A stretch of DNA of 64,000 bases from assembly GCF_009931435.1 (NCBI RefSeq), contig NZ_CP043414.1. One strand, given 5' to 3'. The notes beneath the pieces are model-generated. The model was not told where the DNA came from, did not search any database, and saw only the letters and a list, made by a program, of their open reading frames with translations. Origin of the DNA: Escherichia coli (GTDB lineage: Bacteria > Pseudomonadota > Gammaproteobacteria > Enterobacterales > Enterobacteriaceae). The translations under genes and the position numbers were made by a program. This document shows, piece after piece, positions 9,901-25,185 of the stretch. The stretch's first letter is position 1, and every line of letters begins with the position of its first letter.

Positions 9901-12042
9901 TTATCCCGCCATTTTTAGGACTCGTACGCGGTAAACGCCATCTTCGTCCTGTTTCGCGCCGTGAATATCCGTTTCAAAGCCGGGGTAGCGCTGACCCACC
10001 GAACAGAGCATCAGCAGAAAATCGAGTACCGTGCGGCTCTCCTCGGTCAGCATTTCTCCTGGCATCAGTAGCGGTACGCCAGGCGGATAAGGCAGGATCA
10101 TATTTGCCGATACTCTACCGACCAGTTGTTCCAGCGCAATGGTTTCTACTTCACCTTTAATCTGTCGTTGCCAGGCCTGATGTGGCGTCATGATCATCTC
10201 CGGCAAAGTATCAAATGCCCGCAACATCAAACCGGGAAGATCGTGTTTACGAATCAGCTCATGGATCCCTTGCGCGAGATCCTGAATACGCATATTGCGA
10301 TAAAAATCGGGATCTTCTGCATAGAGATCGGGCAGCATATTTTTGATCCGCAGGTTGAGATCGTAAGAGCGCTTAAATTCCGTCAACCCACGCAATAATC
10401 CCATTGCTTTGGTTTTATCGATGCCAATACTAAAGAGAAACAGCAGGTTATAAGGGCCGGTTTTCTCTACTACGATCCCACGTTCGTCGAGGAATTTTGC
10501 CACCAGCGCCGCCGGGATCCCCTCATCGCTCATATTGCCCTGCTCGTCCATCCCCGGTGTCAAAATAGTGACTTTAACCGGATCGAGAAACATATGATCG
10601 GCATCCGCATCGTTAAAGCCGTGCCACTGTTCGCCAGGCGCAACGGGCCAGCATTCGGCTTCATCCACCTGCGGCGGTTGCCAGATATCGAAAAACCAGC
10701 CGTCAGACTCTTCCCGCAGCCGCTGGACCTCTTTGCGAAAATGCAGCGCTCGTTCTACTGAACGGTTAATCAGCCGTTTGCCCGGATTACCACGCAGCAT
10801 CGCCGCCGCTGTCTCAACCGAAGCAACAATGGGATAACTGGGCGAGGTGGTGGTATGCATCATAAAGGCTTCATTAAACGCCTCTTCGTCGTACTCACCT
10901 TTAATGTGGATCAGTGATGCCTGCGACAACGCCGCCAGCATTTTGTGGGTTGATTGCGTTTCGAAGAAAACTTTTCCTGCCATCCGATCGCCACTCATAC
11001 CACTTTTGCCCTGATAGATCGGATGAAAATGAGTATACGGGACCCAGGCGGAATCGAAGTGGATCGAGGGGACATCCAGCGTCTGTTTGATCCAGTCGGT
11101 GTTGTAGAGCAAGCCATCATAGGTTGAGTTGGTGATCACCGCATGAACCGGCCATTGTGCCTGCGTGGTAGCAGCGACTTTCTCTTCGATACTGTCGCGG
11201 GTAAATTCTCGTCGCGGGATCCCGCCCAGAATCCCCAACGCATTACGTGTTGGTTTTAGCCAGACCGGCACTACATCGTTCATCATCAACAGATGCGCCA
11301 GCGATTTATGACAATTGCGGTCAATTAACAGCGTACTGCCGGATGGCGCGGCGTACATACCCACAATTTTGTTCGACGTCGATGTTCCGTTGGTGACGAT
11401 ATAACTCTGTTCCGCGCCGAAAGTCCGTGCGATGTACTCTTCCGCTTCCAGATGTGGCCCGGTGTGGTCGAGCAACGAACCTAGCTCGGTTACCGAAATA
11501 GAGACGTCCGCCTTGAGGGTATTCCCGCCGAAAAAATCATAAAACAGACAGCCTACCGGGCTTTTCTGATACGCGGTGCCACCCATATGCCCCGGCGTAC
11601 AAAAGGTGTACTTCCGCTCTTTAACATAGGTAAACAAGGCTTTCGTGAACGGCGGGGTAATGTTATCGAGATATTCGTTGGTGTACTGACGAATACGAAT
11701 GGCGATATCTTCTGCCTGCCCCAACGCATATTCAAAGAACCAGAGCGCCATCCGCATATCCTGCACGCTGACATCCATCGTCGAGTGAGTATTGATGAAG
11801 GCATAAAGCGGGAGATATTCATTAAGTTGATTGATATCGCTACATAAATCGAGACTGTATTCATCCCAGTCAAAAATCACGCCGCATATTCGTGAGTTGT
11901 GTTCGATAAATTTCAGCAAATCAACGCTGTTTTGTGGCCAGATAATCTGAAAACCTTGCGCCACCAGCGCCGACTCCAGTTCTTTGATGGGCTCATCTTT
12001 ATAAAAGACGCCATGCGGTCCCATAATGGCAATGATATTCAT
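9901..12042 (-). CDS. ldcC: Constitutive lysine decarboxylase LdcC
   Basis: 713-aa ORF, PLP-dependent Orn/Lys/Arg decarboxylase fold (STHK lysine motif); recognised LdcC. Confidence 0.95.
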   Translation of the reverse strand: MNIIAIMGPHGVFYKDEPIKELESALVAQGFQIIWPQNSVDLLKFIEHNSRICGVIFDWDEYSLDLCSDINQLNEYLPLYAFINTHSTMDVSVQDMRMALWFFEYALGQAEDIAIRIRQYTNEYLDNITPPFTKALFTYVKERKYTFCTPGHMGGTAYQKSPVGCLFYDFFGGNTLKADVSISVTELGSLLDHTGPHLEAEEYIARTFGAEQSYIVTNGTSTSNKIVGMYAAPSGSTLLIDRNCHKSLAHLLMMNDVVPVWLKPTRNALGILGGIPRREFTRDSIEEKVAATTQAQWPVHAVITNSTYDGLLYNTDWIKQTLDVPSIHFDSAWVPYTHFHPIYQGKSGMSGDRMAGKVFFETQSTHKMLAALSQASLIHIKGEYDEEAFNEAFMMHTTTSPSYPIVASVETAAAMLRGNPGKRLINRSVERALHFRKEVQRLREESDGWFFDIWQPPQVDEAECWPVAPGEQWHGFNDADADHMFLDPVKVTILTPGMDEQGNMSDEGIPAALVAKFLDERGIVVEKTGPYNLLFLFSIGIDKTKAMGLLRGLTEFKRSYDLNLRIKNMLPDLYAEDPDFYRNMRIQDLAQGIHELIRKHDLPGLMLRAFDTLPEMIMTPHQAWQRQIKGEVETIALEQLVGRVSANMILPYPPGVPLLMPGEMLTEESRTVLDFLLMLCSVGQRYPGFETDIHGAKQDEDGVYRVRVLKMAG

Positions 12043-12094
12043 GTGTTCCTCCTGGAAAATCCTTCCTTAATCATAGCCCGCTCAAACCATGGCG

Positions 12095-12125
12095 ATAAAA
12101 AAGGGCCACCGAAGTGACCCTTTTC
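12095..12125 (-). terminator. Putative intrinsic terminator downstream of accA
   Basis: Minus strand: GGGTCACTTCGGTGGCCC imperfect hairpin followed by TTTTTTATC. Confidence 0.5.
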
Positions 12126-12139
12126 AGAACATTTGCTGA

Positions 12140-13099
12140 TTACGCGTAGCCGTAGCTCATCAGGCGCTGATAACGACGATTTTTTAAATCTTCAGTGCTT
12201 AACACGTCGAGATCGGCCAGATCCGCCAGCAGCTGCGCTTTCAGAGACGCCGCCATCGCTTCCGGGTTACGGTGAGCACCACCCAGCGGTTCCGGGATGA
12301 TGGAGTCGATCAGTTTCAGTTCTTTCAAACGCGGAGCGATGATCCCCATCGCTTCAGCCGCCAGCGGCGCTTTGTCGGCGCTCTTCCACAGAATGGACGC
12401 ACAACCTTCCGGCGAGATAACAGAATAGGTGCTGTATTGCAGCATATTCACTTTATCGCCCACGCCAATCGCCAGCGCGCCGCCAGAACCACCTTCACCG
12501 ATAACGGTGCAGATAGTCGGTACGCTAAGGCGAGACATTTCACGCAGGTTGCGTGCAATGGCTTCAGACTGACCGCGTTCTTCTGCGCCCACGCCCGGAT
12601 AAGCCCCCGGGGTGTCGATAAAGGTGATGATTGGCATCTTAAAGCGTTCAGCCATTTGCATCAGACGCAGTGCTTTGCGGTAACCTTCTGGCGCTGGCAT
12701 ACCAAAGTTACGGCGAATTTTTTCTTTGGTTTCACGACCTTTTTGATGACCAATGATCATCACCGGACGACCATCGAGACGGGCGATACCACCGACGATA
12801 GCTTTATCGTCTGCATACGCGCGGTCGCCAGCCAGTTCGTCAAATTCATCAAAGGCCAGGCGAACGTAATCCAGGGTATAAGGACGCTGTGGATGGCGTG
12901 CCAGTTGCGCAATCTGCCATGCACCGAGATCGGCGAAGATTTTACGCGTCAGTTCTACGCTTTTTTCACGCAGACGATGCACTTCTTCATCGATATTAAT
13001 ATCCAGTTTCTCATCCTGGCGGCTAACCGCAGTCAGAGAATCGATTTTCGCTTCCAGCTCTGCAATCGGCTGTTCAAAATCAAGGAAATTCAGACTCAT
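12140..13099 (-). CDS. accA: Acetyl-CoA carboxylase carboxyltransferase alpha subunit
   Basis: 319-aa [23 protein letters not shown]...; recognised AccA. Confidence 0.97.
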
Positions 13100-13111
13100 A
13101 GTATTCCTGTA

Positions 13112-16100
13112 TTAGTCAAACTCCAGTTCCACCTGCTCCGAACCAATGAGGCCACGGAGATCGTTTAATAAACGATCGCTCGGAGAGACACGCCACGTCG
13201 CGCCAAAACGCAACCGCGCGCGTGCATCCGCCCTCTGATAGTAGAGATGTACTGGAATTGTCCCAGAGCGGTGGGGTTCCAGAGACTGACGGAGTCGGTT
13301 TAAAAGCTGGTCATCAATTTGCCTGTCCGTCAGCGAGATAGCAAGCCCGCGAGCATATTTTTCCCGGGCTTCGTCAATATCCATCACTTCGCGAGCGGTC
13401 ATTTTAAGCCCACCGCTGAAGTCATCAAAGCTGACCTGTCCGCTGACGATAAGTATGCGGTCTTTTTCCAGCAATTGCTGGTATTTATCCAGGGCGTCAG
13501 TAAACAACATCACTTCCAGCCGCCCGGAACGGTCATCCAGCGTGCAGATACCGATACGATTGCCGCGCTTGGTGACCATAACCCGCGCAGCAACAACGAG
13601 CCCCGCAGCCGTGGTGACTTTACCACGTTCTGTCGGGTGCATGTCTTTCAGCCTTACGCCTCCGACATAACGCTCAATCTCTTTTAAATACTGGTTGATA
13701 GGGTGTCCCGTCAGGTACAGACCTAACGTTTCACGTTCCCCATCTAACACCACCTGCTCCGGCCACGGTTGGCAACTGGCGTAGGATTGTTCAATTTGTT
13801 CCGGCTCTTCTGCCAGCACGCCGAACATATCGGCCTGACCGATGGCTTCTGCTTTCGCGTGTTGATCAGCCGCCTTTAACGCATCGCCCAGCGAGTTCAT
13901 CAGCGCCGCGCGGTGTGGCCCAAGACGGTCAAACGCCCCGGACATGATCAGTTTTTCCAGCACTCGCCGGTTTAACTTTTTGGTGTCTGTACGGGCGCAG
14001 AGATCAAACAATTCACGGAAATAGCCGCCTTTATTACGGGCTTCAATGATCGCCTCAATCGGACCTTCACCTACCCCTTTGATCGCGCCAATACCATACA
14101 CGATTTCGCCGTCGTCGTTGACGTGGAAATGGTAAAGACCGGAGTTTATATCTGGTGGTAGGATTTTCAGCCCCATCCGCCAGCACTCATCCACCAGGCC
14201 TACCACCTTCTCGGTGTTGTCCATATCGGCGGTCATTACTGCCGCCATAAACTCCGCTGGATAGTGCGCTTTCAGCCATAACGTTTGATATGAAACCAAA
14301 GCATAGGCCGCAGAGTGCGATTTGTTAAATCCGTAACCAGCGAATTTCTCCACCAGGTCGAAGATTTTCATCGCCAGTTCGGCGTTGATCCCGTTCTTTT
14401 CTGCGCCTTCAGCAAATACAGAACGCTGCTTGGCCATCTCTTCCGGCTTCTTCTTACCCATCGCACGACGCAGCATATCCGCGCCACCGAGGGTATAACC
14501 AGAAAGCACCTGGGCAATCTGCATGACCTGTTCCTGATACAGGATGATGCCGTAGGTTGGCTCCAGTACCGGTTTCAGGCTTTCATGCTGCCACTGCACA
14601 TCCGGATAGGAGATCTCTTCGCGACCATGTTTACGGTCGATAAAGTTATCCACCATCCCTGATTGCAACGGGCCGGGGCGGAACAGTGCCACCAGTGCGA
14701 TCATATCTTCGAAGCAGTCAGGTTGCAGACGTTTGATCAGGTCCTTCATGCCGCGCGATTCAAGCTGGAATACCGCCGTGGTTTCCGAGCGTTGCAGCAT
14801 GTCGAAACTTTTCTTGTCATCCAGCGGGATCGCGGCGATATCCAGCGGCGGCTCGCCATTCTTCGCCCGCCGCTTGTTGATCATCTCCAGCGCCCAGTTG
14901 ATGATGGTGAGCGTACGCAAACCAAGGAAGTCGAACTTCACCAGCCCGGCGTATTCAACGTCGCTTTTATCAAACTGGGTAACCGGATGTTTGCCCTCTT
15001 CATCGCAATAAAGCGGCGCAAAATCGGTAATTTTGGTCGGCGCGATAACCACCCCACCGGCGTGCTTACCAGCGTTACGGGTGACCCCTTCCAGTTTGCG
15101 CGCCATGTCGATCAGCGCCTTAACTTCTTCGTCCGCTTCGTAGATTTCCGGCAGTTGCGGCTCGGCTTCAAACGCTTTCGCCAGCGTCATCCCCGGATCG
15201 GGCGGGATCAGTTTCGAGATACGATCGACAAAGCCGTACGGATGCCCCAGCACGCGGCCTACGTCGCGGATCACCGCTTTTGCCGCCATTGTACCGAAGG
15301 TGATGATCTGCGATACCGCATCACGGCCGTACATATCTGCCACGTGTTCGATAACCTGGTCGCGTTTTTCCATACAGAAGTCAACGTCGAAGTCAGGCAT
15401 GGAGACACGTTCCGGGTTAAGGAAACGTTCGAACAGCAGGTCAAATTCCAACGGATCGAGGTCGGTGATTTTTAACGCGTAAGCCACCAGTGACCCTGCA
15501 CCAGAACCACGGCCAGGCCCTACCGGTACGCCGTTATCCTTCGACCACTGGATAAATTCCATAACGATGAGGAAGTAACCCGGGAAACCCATCTGGTTGA
15601 TAACCTGAAGTTCAGTATCCAGACGCTCGTCATACTCCGGGCGACGCTTAAGACGTTCTTCCTCGTCAGGGAATAAAAACGCCAGACGCTCTTCCAGGCC
15701 TTCTTTTGCACGCTTGACCAGATAATCTTCGGTGCTCATGTCCCCGGTCGGGAACTGCGGCAGGAAGTATTCACCGAGACGCACTGTCACGTTACAGCGT
15801 TTGGCGATCTCAACAGTGTTGGCAAGGGCTTCGGGGATGTCGGCAAACAGCTCGCACATCTCCTCTTCGCTGCGCATATATTGCTGCGGCGAATAATTAC
15901 GCGGGCGTTTGGGATCGTCGAGAGTAAAGCCGTCATGGATCGCGACGCGGATTTCGTGCGCGTCAAAGTCACTGCTGTCGATAAAGCGCACGTCATTGGT
16001 CGCCACGACGGGCAAACCGCGCGCTTCCGCCAGTTCCACTGCCGCGTGCAGATAACTTTCTTCGTCCGGCCTGCCGGTTCGGATCAGCTCGAGAAAATAG

Positions 16101-16594
16101 CGATCCGGGAAGTGCTCTTCATAAAACGCAACGCACTCATCTACCAGCGCGCTGTTACCACGCAAAAGACTGCGCCCGACGTCGCCCATGCGCCCGCCGG
16201 AAAGGAGGATCAGCCCTTCGTTTAATTCGATAAGCCAGTCGCGATCGATGATCGGCCCGGCGGCACCGTACCCGCGCTGATACGCTTTTGAGATCAGCAA
16301 CGTCAGATTCTGATAGCCGATATTGTTCGCCGCCAGCACCGTCAGGTGGGTTAACTCATCACCCAGCAGGTCGCACTGGACATTAAAATCTGCCCCGACG
16401 ATGGGCTTAATCCCTGCGCCATGTCCCGCTCCGTAGAACTTCACCAGACCGCAAAGGTTGGTGAAATCGGTGATCGCCAGTGCTGGCATACCCAACGCCG
16501 CCGCCTTTTTTACCAGCGGCGCGGTTTTGGCCAGGCCATCGATCATCGAGTAGTCGCTGTGCACCCGCAGGTGTACGAAACGTGGTTCAGACAT
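13112..16594 (-). CDS. dnaE: DNA polymerase III alpha subunit
   Basis: 1160-aa ORF, PHP domain N-terminus ([17 protein letters not shown]), recognised DnaE. Confidence 0.97.
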   Translation of the reverse strand: MSEPRFVHLRVHSDYSMIDGLAKTAPLVKKAAALGMPALAITDFTNLCGLVKFYGAGHGAGIKPIVGADFNVQCDLLGDELTHLTVLAANNIGYQNLTLLISKAYQRGYGAAGPIIDRDWLIELNEGLILLSGGRMGDVGRSLLRGNSALVDECVAFYEEHFPDRYFLELIRTGRPDEESYLHAAVELAEARGLPVVATNDVRFIDSSDFDAHEIRVAIHDGFTLDDPKRPRNYSPQQYMRSEEEMCELFADIPEALANTVEIAKRCNVTVRLGEYFLPQFPTGDMSTEDYLVKRAKEGLEERLAFLFPDEEERLKRRPEYDERLDTELQVINQMGFPGYFLIVMEFIQWSKDNGVPVGPGRGSGAGSLVAYALKITDLDPLEFDLLFERFLNPERVSMPDFDVDFCMEKRDQVIEHVADMYGRDAVSQIITFGTMAAKAVIRDVGRVLGHPYGFVDRISKLIPPDPGMTLAKAFEAEPQLPEIYEADEEVKALIDMARKLEGVTRNAGKHAGGVVIAPTKITDFAPLYCDEEGKHPVTQFDKSDVEYAGLVKFDFLGLRTLTIINWALEMINKRRAKNGEPPLDIAAIPLDDKKSFDMLQRSETTAVFQLESRGMKDLIKRLQPDCFEDMIALVALFRPGPLQSGMVDNFIDRKHGREEISYPDVQWQHESLKPVLEPTYGIILYQEQVMQIAQVLSGYTLGGADMLRRAMGKKKPEEMAKQRSVFAEGAEKNGINAELAMKIFDLVEKFAGYGFNKSHSAAYALVSYQTLWLKAHYPAEFMAAVMTADMDNTEKVVGLVDECWRMGLKILPPDINSGLYHFHVNDDGEIVYGIGAIKGVGEGPIEAIIEARNKGGYFRELFDLCARTDTKKLNRRVLEKLIMSGAFDRLGPHRAALMNSLGDALKAADQHAKAEAIGQADMFGVLAEEPEQIEQSYASCQPWPEQVVLDGERETLGLYLTGHPINQYLKEIERYVGGVRLKDMHPTERGKVTTAAGLVVAARVMVTKRGNRIGICTLDDRSGRLEVMLFTDALDKYQQLLEKDRILIVSGQVSFDDFSGGLKMTAREVMDIDEAREKYARGLAISLTDRQIDDQLLNRLRQSLEPHRSGTIPVHLYYQRADARARLRFGATWRVSPSDRLLNDLRGLIGSEQVELEFD

Positions 16595-16630
16595 CTTCAG
16601 ATTCCGGTTTACTTAATCTCGACACAAGAA

Positions 16631-17227
16631 TCAGGACGCAAGTCCCAGTGCGCGTTTGACAGGCCCAAAGCTGCGACGATGATGTTCAGTCGCGCCATAT
16701 TCAGCCAGTTTTTCCAGATGAAAAGCGGTTGGATACCCTTTGTGCTGGGCAAAACCATATTGCGGGAAAACAATATCCAGCGCCGCCATTTCAGCGTCGC
16801 GCGTCACTTTCGCCAGGATAGACGCAGCACTGATTTCCGGTACGCGGCTATCGCCTTTCACCACTGCCATCGAAGGCATCGGTAATTTTGGGCAGCGGTT
16901 ACCATCAATCAACACATATTCTGGCGCAATATGCAGCCCCGCGACGGCGCGCTGCATCGCCAGCATGGTCGCATGAAGAATGTTCAGTTCGTCGATTTCG
17001 TGGGGTTCCGCGCGGCCCAGACTCCAGCTTAACGCTTTCTCTTTGATCTCTTCACAGAGCGCCAGACGGCGTTTTTCGCTCAGCTTTTTGGAATCATTCA
17101 GCCCGGCAATCGGGCGCGCCGGGTCAAGGATTACAGCAGCGGTAACCACCGCGCCAACCAACGGCCCGCGTCCGACTTCATCCACACCCGCAACCAGCTG
17201 CGTGTGCGGATAAACAAATTCGATCAT
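16631..17227 (-). CDS. rnhB: Ribonuclease HII
   Basis: 198-aa ORF, DEVGRGP catalytic motif; overlaps lpxB stop by 4 nt. Confidence 0.95.
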   Translation of the reverse strand: MIEFVYPHTQLVAGVDEVGRGPLVGAVVTAAVILDPARPIAGLNDSKKLSEKRRLALCEEIKEKALSWSLGRAEPHEIDELNILHATMLAMQRAVAGLHIAPEYVLIDGNRCPKLPMPSMAVVKGDSRVPEISAASILAKVTRDAEMAALDIVFPQYGFAQHKGYPTAFHLEKLAEYGATEHHRRSFGPVKRALGLAS

Positions 17228-18372
17228 TGTGCTAACTCCAGAACGGCTTGTGCCGCCTGCTCATCGGCATTGCAGCGGATCTGCTGATGCAGTTCACGGA
17301 AGGTATCGTGCATCGCGTGACTGGTTTTCCCATTCGCCAACAGCGGTAACAGCGCCGCAGCCAGTTTTTGCGGCTCACACTCTTCCTGCAATAACTCTTT
17401 GACTAACTCTCTGCCCGCCAGCAAATTTGGTAGCGAGACATACTCGGTTTTCACCAGCCTCTTCGCCAGCCAGAAGGTAAAAGGCTTCATGCGATATCCC
17501 ACCACCATCGGGCATTTCGCCAGCATGCACTCCAGGGCTGCCGTACCCGACGCCAGTAGCGCCGCATCACTGGCGACCATCGCCTCACGGCCCATTCCAT
17601 CCAGCAGATGAACAGCAAGGTCCGGTGCGACTTCAGCTTTGATACGCTCAAACTGCTCGCGGCGTTTGGCATTCACCAGCGGCACCACGATCTCGAGATC
17701 GGGATATGTCTGACGCAAAAGCTGGGCCGTTTTCAGGAAATCGGCACTCAGCATCTCCACTTCCGCACCACGGCTTCCCGGCAGCAACGCAAGACAGTGA
17801 GCATCGTGAGGGATCCCCAGCACATCACGCGCGGCGTTTTTATCTGGATCTAACGGCATGGCATCAGCCATGGTGTGACCGATAAAACGGCACGGCACGT
17901 TGTATTTGTCATAAAACGCTTTTTCGAAAGGCAGAAATGCGAGCACCAGATCGGTGGCTCTGCCTATTTTGAAAACGCGTTTCTGTCGCCACGCCCAGAC
18001 GGACGGACTGACGTAATGAATGGTTTTGATACCCTGCTTTTTAAGATTACCTTCGAGGGTAATATTGAAGTCAGGTGCATCAATGCCGACAAAAACATCT
18101 GGCTTCAGTTCGCCAAAACGCTTTGTCAGATCGGCACGAATATGCAGTAAGCGACGCAGACGACCGAGCACTTCAACAATGCCCATCACCGCCAACTCTT
18201 CCATTTCGTACCAGGCTTCGCAGCCTTCGGCCTGCATTCGTGGCCCGGCAACGCCAACAAAGCGAGCGTTGGGCACACGTTCTTTCAGAGCACGGATTAA
18301 ACCGGCCCCCAGGATATCGCCGGAGGTTTCTCCGGCGACCAGGGCAATCGTTAATGGACGCTGTTCAGTCAT
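17224..18372 (-). CDS. lpxB: Lipid-A-disaccharide synthase
   Basis: 382-aa ORF; recognised LpxB; 1-nt overlap with lpxA. Confidence 0.95.
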   Translation of the reverse strand: MTEQRPLTIALVAGETSGDILGAGLIRALKERVPNARFVGVAGPRMQAEGCEAWYEMEELAVMGIVEVLGRLRRLLHIRADLTKRFGELKPDVFVGIDAPDFNITLEGNLKKQGIKTIHYVSPSVWAWRQKRVFKIGRATDLVLAFLPFEKAFYDKYNVPCRFIGHTMADAMPLDPDKNAARDVLGIPHDAHCLALLPGSRGAEVEMLSADFLKTAQLLRQTYPDLEIVVPLVNAKRREQFERIKAEVAPDLAVHLLDGMGREAMVASDAALLASGTAALECMLAKCPMVVGYRMKPFTFWLAKRLVKTEYVSLPNLLAGRELVKELLQEECEPQKLAAALLPLLANGKTSHAMHDTFRELHQQIRCNADEQAAQAVLELAQ

Positions 18373-19160
18373 TAACGAATCAGACCGCGCGTTGAGCGTG
18401 CAAAGAAATCGGTAAAGGCTTTTACTTCCGGATATGTTTCCGCCAGTTCGGCAATTTCCGGTTTCACTTCATCGAGCGTTTTACCGCTGCGATAAATCAG
18501 CTTATACGCATTGCGGATAGCGGTAATCGCCTCACGGCTGAATCCGCGGCGCTTCAGCCCTTCGATGTTGACACCGAACGGCGTTGCGTGGTTACCCTGC
18601 GCAATGACATAAGGAGGGACGTCCTGCGCCACACCGGAACAGCCGCCAACCATCACGTGCGCACCAATGATGCAGAACTGATGGACTGCGGTCATGCCGC
18701 CGATGATCGCGAAGTCGTCTACCGATACATGACCCGCCAGCGTTGCGTTGTTGGCGAGGATGCAGCGGTTACCTACCGTACAATCGTGCGCAATGTGCGC
18801 GTTGATCATCAGTAAGTTGTCGCTGCCCACCTTCGTCAATCCACCGCCCTGGACTGTGCCACGATGAATGGTGACGCTTTCGCGAATGCGGTTACGATCG
18901 CCGATTTCCACACGGGTCGGTTCGCCAGCATATTTAAGATCCTGGTTGACTTCGCCGATGGAGGCGAACTGATAAATCTCATTGTCGCGGCCAATTTTAG
19001 TATGACCATTCACGACAACGTGAGATTTCAGTACGGTACCCTCACCAATTTCGACATGGGGTCCAACGATACAAAAAGGACCAATGTGAGCATTGGCGGC
19101 AATCGATGCGCCCTCTTCCACAATGGCGGTTGGATGCACAAAGGCGGATTTATCAATCAC
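18372..19160 (-). CDS. lpxA: UDP-N-acetylglucosamine acyltransferase
   Basis: 262-aa ORF with hexapeptide (left-handed beta-helix) repeats; recognised LpxA. Confidence 0.96.
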   Translation of the reverse strand: MIDKSAFVHPTAIVEEGASIAANAHIGPFCIVGPHVEIGEGTVLKSHVVVNGHTKIGRDNEIYQFASIGEVNQDLKYAGEPTRVEIGDRNRIRESVTIHRGTVQGGGLTKVGSDNLLMINAHIAHDCTVGNRCILANNATLAGHVSVDDFAIIGGMTAVHQFCIIGAHVMVGGCSGVAQDVPPYVIAQGNHATPFGVNIEGLKRRGFSREAITAIRNAYKLIYRSGKTLDEVKPEIAELAETYPEVKAFTDFFARSTRGLIR

Positions 19161-19163
19161 GTA

Positions 19164-19619
19164 TCAGGCCTCCCGGCTACGAGCACACATCATCGTTGCT
19201 TCGCAAACTACTTTACCGTCGACCAGAGCAACCCCTTTAAAACGGGTCAGGCCGCGGCGCGTTTTTTCGAAAGTGACTTCCATGATCATTTGATCGCCTG
19301 GCACGACCGGGCGCTTGAAGCGCGCTTCGTCAATACCGGCGAAGTAGTACAGCTCGCCCGGTTCCAGTTTTCCTACGCTCTTAAACGCCAGAATACCTGT
19401 TGCCTGTGCCATTGCTTCCAGAATAAGCACACCCGGGAAAATCGGTTTTCCAGGAAAATGGCCCTGGAAGAATGGCTCATTGACAGAGACATTTTTTACT
19501 GCGCGCAGAAAACGACCTTCTTCAAAATCCAGCACGCGATCCACCAGTAAGAACGGGAAACGGTGCGGCAGAAGTTCTAAAATCTCTTCAATCTGCAGAG
19601 TATGAGTGTTAGTAGTCAA
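19164..19619 (-). CDS. fabZ: 3-hydroxyacyl-ACP dehydratase FabZ
   Basis: 151 codons from TTG at 19619 ([23 protein letters not shown]...) with AGGAAG RBS; ORF track 182-aa form also starts at TTG; no in-frame ATG near N-terminus. Confidence 0.93.
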
Positions 19620-19723
19620 GATACTCTTCCTGTCAAAATATAAGAAACGACAATAATAACACGGCCTGCCGCAATCGTAAGAATGAGACAGGCCGTAAAG
19701 TTTGGCGAACAAAAGATGGAACG

Positions 19724-20749
19724 TTAGTCTTGTTGATTAACCTTGCGCTCAAGCGATTTCAAACGCTTGCTCATGTCATCAATGTTCATCACCAGTGCAG
19801 CGGTTTTGCGCCAGACTTTGTTGGGTTGCAGCGGAATGCCTGAGGAATAGACGCCTGGTTCAGTGATGGGACGCATCACCATACCCATGCCCGTAACCGT
19901 CACTTTGTCGCATATTTCCATATGCCCGTTGATTACGCTGGCTCCGCCGATCATGCAGTAACGACCAATTTTCAGGCTTCCCGCCATAATGACGCCACCG
20001 GCAACCGCCGTATTGTCGCCAATCACGACGTTATGTGCAATCTGGCACTGGTTATCAATGATCACACCATTGCCAATAACAGTGTCATCCAGCGCGCCGC
20101 GATCGATGGTAGTACATGCGCCGATCTCCACGCGATCGCCAATAATTACGCGACCAATCTGCGGGATCTTCACCCAGTTACCCCGATCGTTGGCATAACC
20201 AAAGCCGTCTGCGCCTACCACTGTTCCGGACTGGATCAGGCAATTCTGACCGATCTGGATCTCATGGTAAATGGTTACGTTCGCCCAGAGACGCGAACCT
20301 GCACCTATTTTGCTGTTTTTACCTACGAAGCAACCGGCACCGATAATCACGTTATCGCCCAGTTCAACGCCGGACTCAATCACCGCGTTAGCGCCAATCG
20401 ATACGTTGTTACCCAGCTTCGCCGTCGCGTCGATCACCGCACTGGGTGCAATGTTCTGCGCGGGCTGCGGCGTGGTATCTAAAATTTGCGCCATGCGCGC
20501 GTAAGTCAGGTAGGGGTTCTTCACTACCAGCGCGGCACTTTTCGCGAAAGGAAGATCGTCCTGGGTCATGACAACCGCGGACGCCTGGCACAAGCCTAAA
20601 TGCTCACGGTATTTTGGGTTAACCATGAACGTGATGTGACCTGTTTGTGCAGATTGCATGGACGCAACGCCGGTGATGACGATATCGCCATCACCGTGTA
20701 GTTCTGCATCCAACTGCTGCGCTAAATCAGCCAGTCGAATTGAAGGCAT
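19724..20749 (-). CDS. lpxD: UDP-3-O-(3-hydroxymyristoyl)glucosamine N-acyltransferase
   Basis: 341-aa ORF with hexapeptide repeats; recognised LpxD. Confidence 0.96.
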
Positions 20750-20752
20750 TAC

Positions 20753-21238
20753 TTATTTAACCTGTTTCAGTACGTCAGCAGTGATGTCTTTTACATCGCT
20801 GCTGTTGTAAGCAACGGCGTTTGCATCAACAACCAGATCGATATCCTGGCTGTTGGCAACGGATTTCACAGCAGTCTGGATACGAGTAACCAGTTTGCCG
20901 CGTTCTTCGTTGGAACGACGAGCGCGATCCTGCTCAAAAGCCTGCGCTTTCTGAGCAAAAGTCTGGCGCTGAGCCATCACGTCTTTTTCCAGTTTGGTAC
21001 GATCGCTGCCCGCTTTCATGGACTGCAGCTTTTTCATTTTAGCCTGCAGATCGGTTTCCATACGCTGCAGTTCGCTGGCACGGCCTTTGAACTCATTTTC
21101 CAGCGTGTTAGAAACACCGGTTTTCTGCGCTACCTGCTGGAACAGGCTGCCCATATTGACGATTGCAATTTTGTCAGCCGCCTGAGCAGAAGTTGCCAGT
21201 GCTAAACCGAGACCTGCAGCTAATAACCACTTTTTCAC
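20753..21238 (-). CDS. skp: Periplasmic chaperone Skp (OmpH)
   Basis: 161-aa ORF, signal peptide, Lys/Gln-rich coiled coil; recognised Skp. Confidence 0.96.
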   Translation of the reverse strand: MKKWLLAAGLGLALATSAQAADKIAIVNMGSLFQQVAQKTGVSNTLENEFKGRASELQRMETDLQAKMKKLQSMKAGSDRTKLEKDVMAQRQTFAQKAQAFEQDRARRSNEERGKLVTRIQTAVKSVANSQDIDLVVDANAVAYNSSDVKDITADVLKQVK

Positions 21239-21359
21239 AATAAACTCCTTACCATCCCATTTGCACCGGAGGGTGCAGTTCTTTGCGTGGCCCGGCGATC
21301 TTATATTGATCGCCTAAAGTCATCGCTACACTACCACTACATTCCTTTGTGGAGAACAC

Positions 21360-23810
<2,451 letters not shown>

Positions 23811-23821
23811 CTAACTAACTC

Positions 23822-25174
23822 TCATAACCGAGAGAAATCATTGAAAAGTGCAAGCCCCATTAACAGCACCAGCAGAATCGAGCCAATGCGATAACAAAAG
23901 TCTTGAACCCGCTCGGATACCGGTCCGCCCTTGATCTTTTCGATCGCAAGGAACAGCAGATGCCCCCCGTCAAGTACGGGCAACGGAAACAGGTTAATTA
24001 TCCCTAAGTTCACGCTAATAAGCGCAAGAAACGGCAGGTAATAAACAACCCCGAGTTCCGCTGTCATCCCAGCCCCCTTGGCGATAGAGATCGGCCCACT
24101 GAGGTTGTTCAGTTTCACATCACCGGTGATCAATTTTCCCAGCATACTGACCGTCAGCTTCATCAGCTGCCACGTTTTGTCCGTGGCTTCGACGATGGCG
24201 TTGAACGGCCCATACTGGCGTACAACTTTATACTCATCTGGCAAAGGAATGACTTTCGGCTCAATACCGACAAAACCAATCGCCTTACCATTACCCGGTT
24301 TACTCTCCGGGATTAATGTCAAAGACAAGGGACTCCCCTGTCTTTCGATTTCTAACGCTAAGGATTTACCCGGGTTATCCCGGACAAGCATCACAAAGGT
24401 CACCCACTGCGTTAAGGGCTGACCATCGACTTTAACGATCCTGTCGCCTGCTTGCAAACCTGCCTTGCTTGCGGCCGAGTTTGGCTGCACATTTTCCAGT
24501 ACAGGTTCAATTTGCGGGCCACGAGGACGAATCCCCAGCGAAGATACCGGATCTTCTTTATCAGGCTCAAACGCCCAATGACGTAAATCGAGCTTTACAT
24601 CCCGTCGTTGGTCGCTGCCAAATGGCGCCACCGTAATGGTGGTGCTTTCATCGCCAATTTTATCGACCAACTGCAAACGCACGGCATCCCAATCAGGCGT
24701 TTCGATACCATCTACGGCTTTTAGTTCCGTACCTGGTGCAATTTGTGCTTCCGCAGCTATCGAATTGGCTGCTATTTCGCCAACCACCGGACGTACGCCA
24801 GGTACACCAATAATAAAAACCAGCCAGTAGGCAAAGATAGCAAAAATGAAGTTTGCAACCGGACCTGCGGCAATAATCGCCGCACGTTGGCCGACAGATT
24901 TATTATTGAAGGCATGGTGGCGGAGTTCCGGAACAACCGGTTCTGCGCGCTCATCCAGCATTTTGACATAACCGCCCAACGGGATCAGGGCGATGACATA
25001 TTCGGTGCCTAGCTTATCAGTTCGGCGCCAGAGCGCCTTGCCAAAACCTATTGAGAAACGCTCAACGCGAACACCACAACGCCGGGCAACCCAGAAATGA
25101 CCAAATTCATGCACGGTGATAAGTACACCCAGTGCAACGATGAACGAAGCCAAATCCCAGAGAAAACTCAGCAT
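23822..25174 (-). CDS. rseP: Site-2 protease RseP (YaeL)
   Basis: 450 aa from [27 protein letters not shown] (HExxH zinc motif), two PDZ regions, LDG motif; ORF track extends 15 codons upstream. Confidence 0.94.
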
Positions 25175-25185
25175 ATTACCTTCCG

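Noticed and set aside
12272-13168. 298-aa ORF on the + strand
   Set aside because: Antisense to accA; Arg/Phe-rich composition typical of a wrong-frame translation; accA on the other strand is unambiguous.
14663-15475. 270-aa ORF on the + strand (and several 90-120 aa neighbours)
   Set aside because: Antisense to dnaE; no start context; dnaE is intact on the minus strand.
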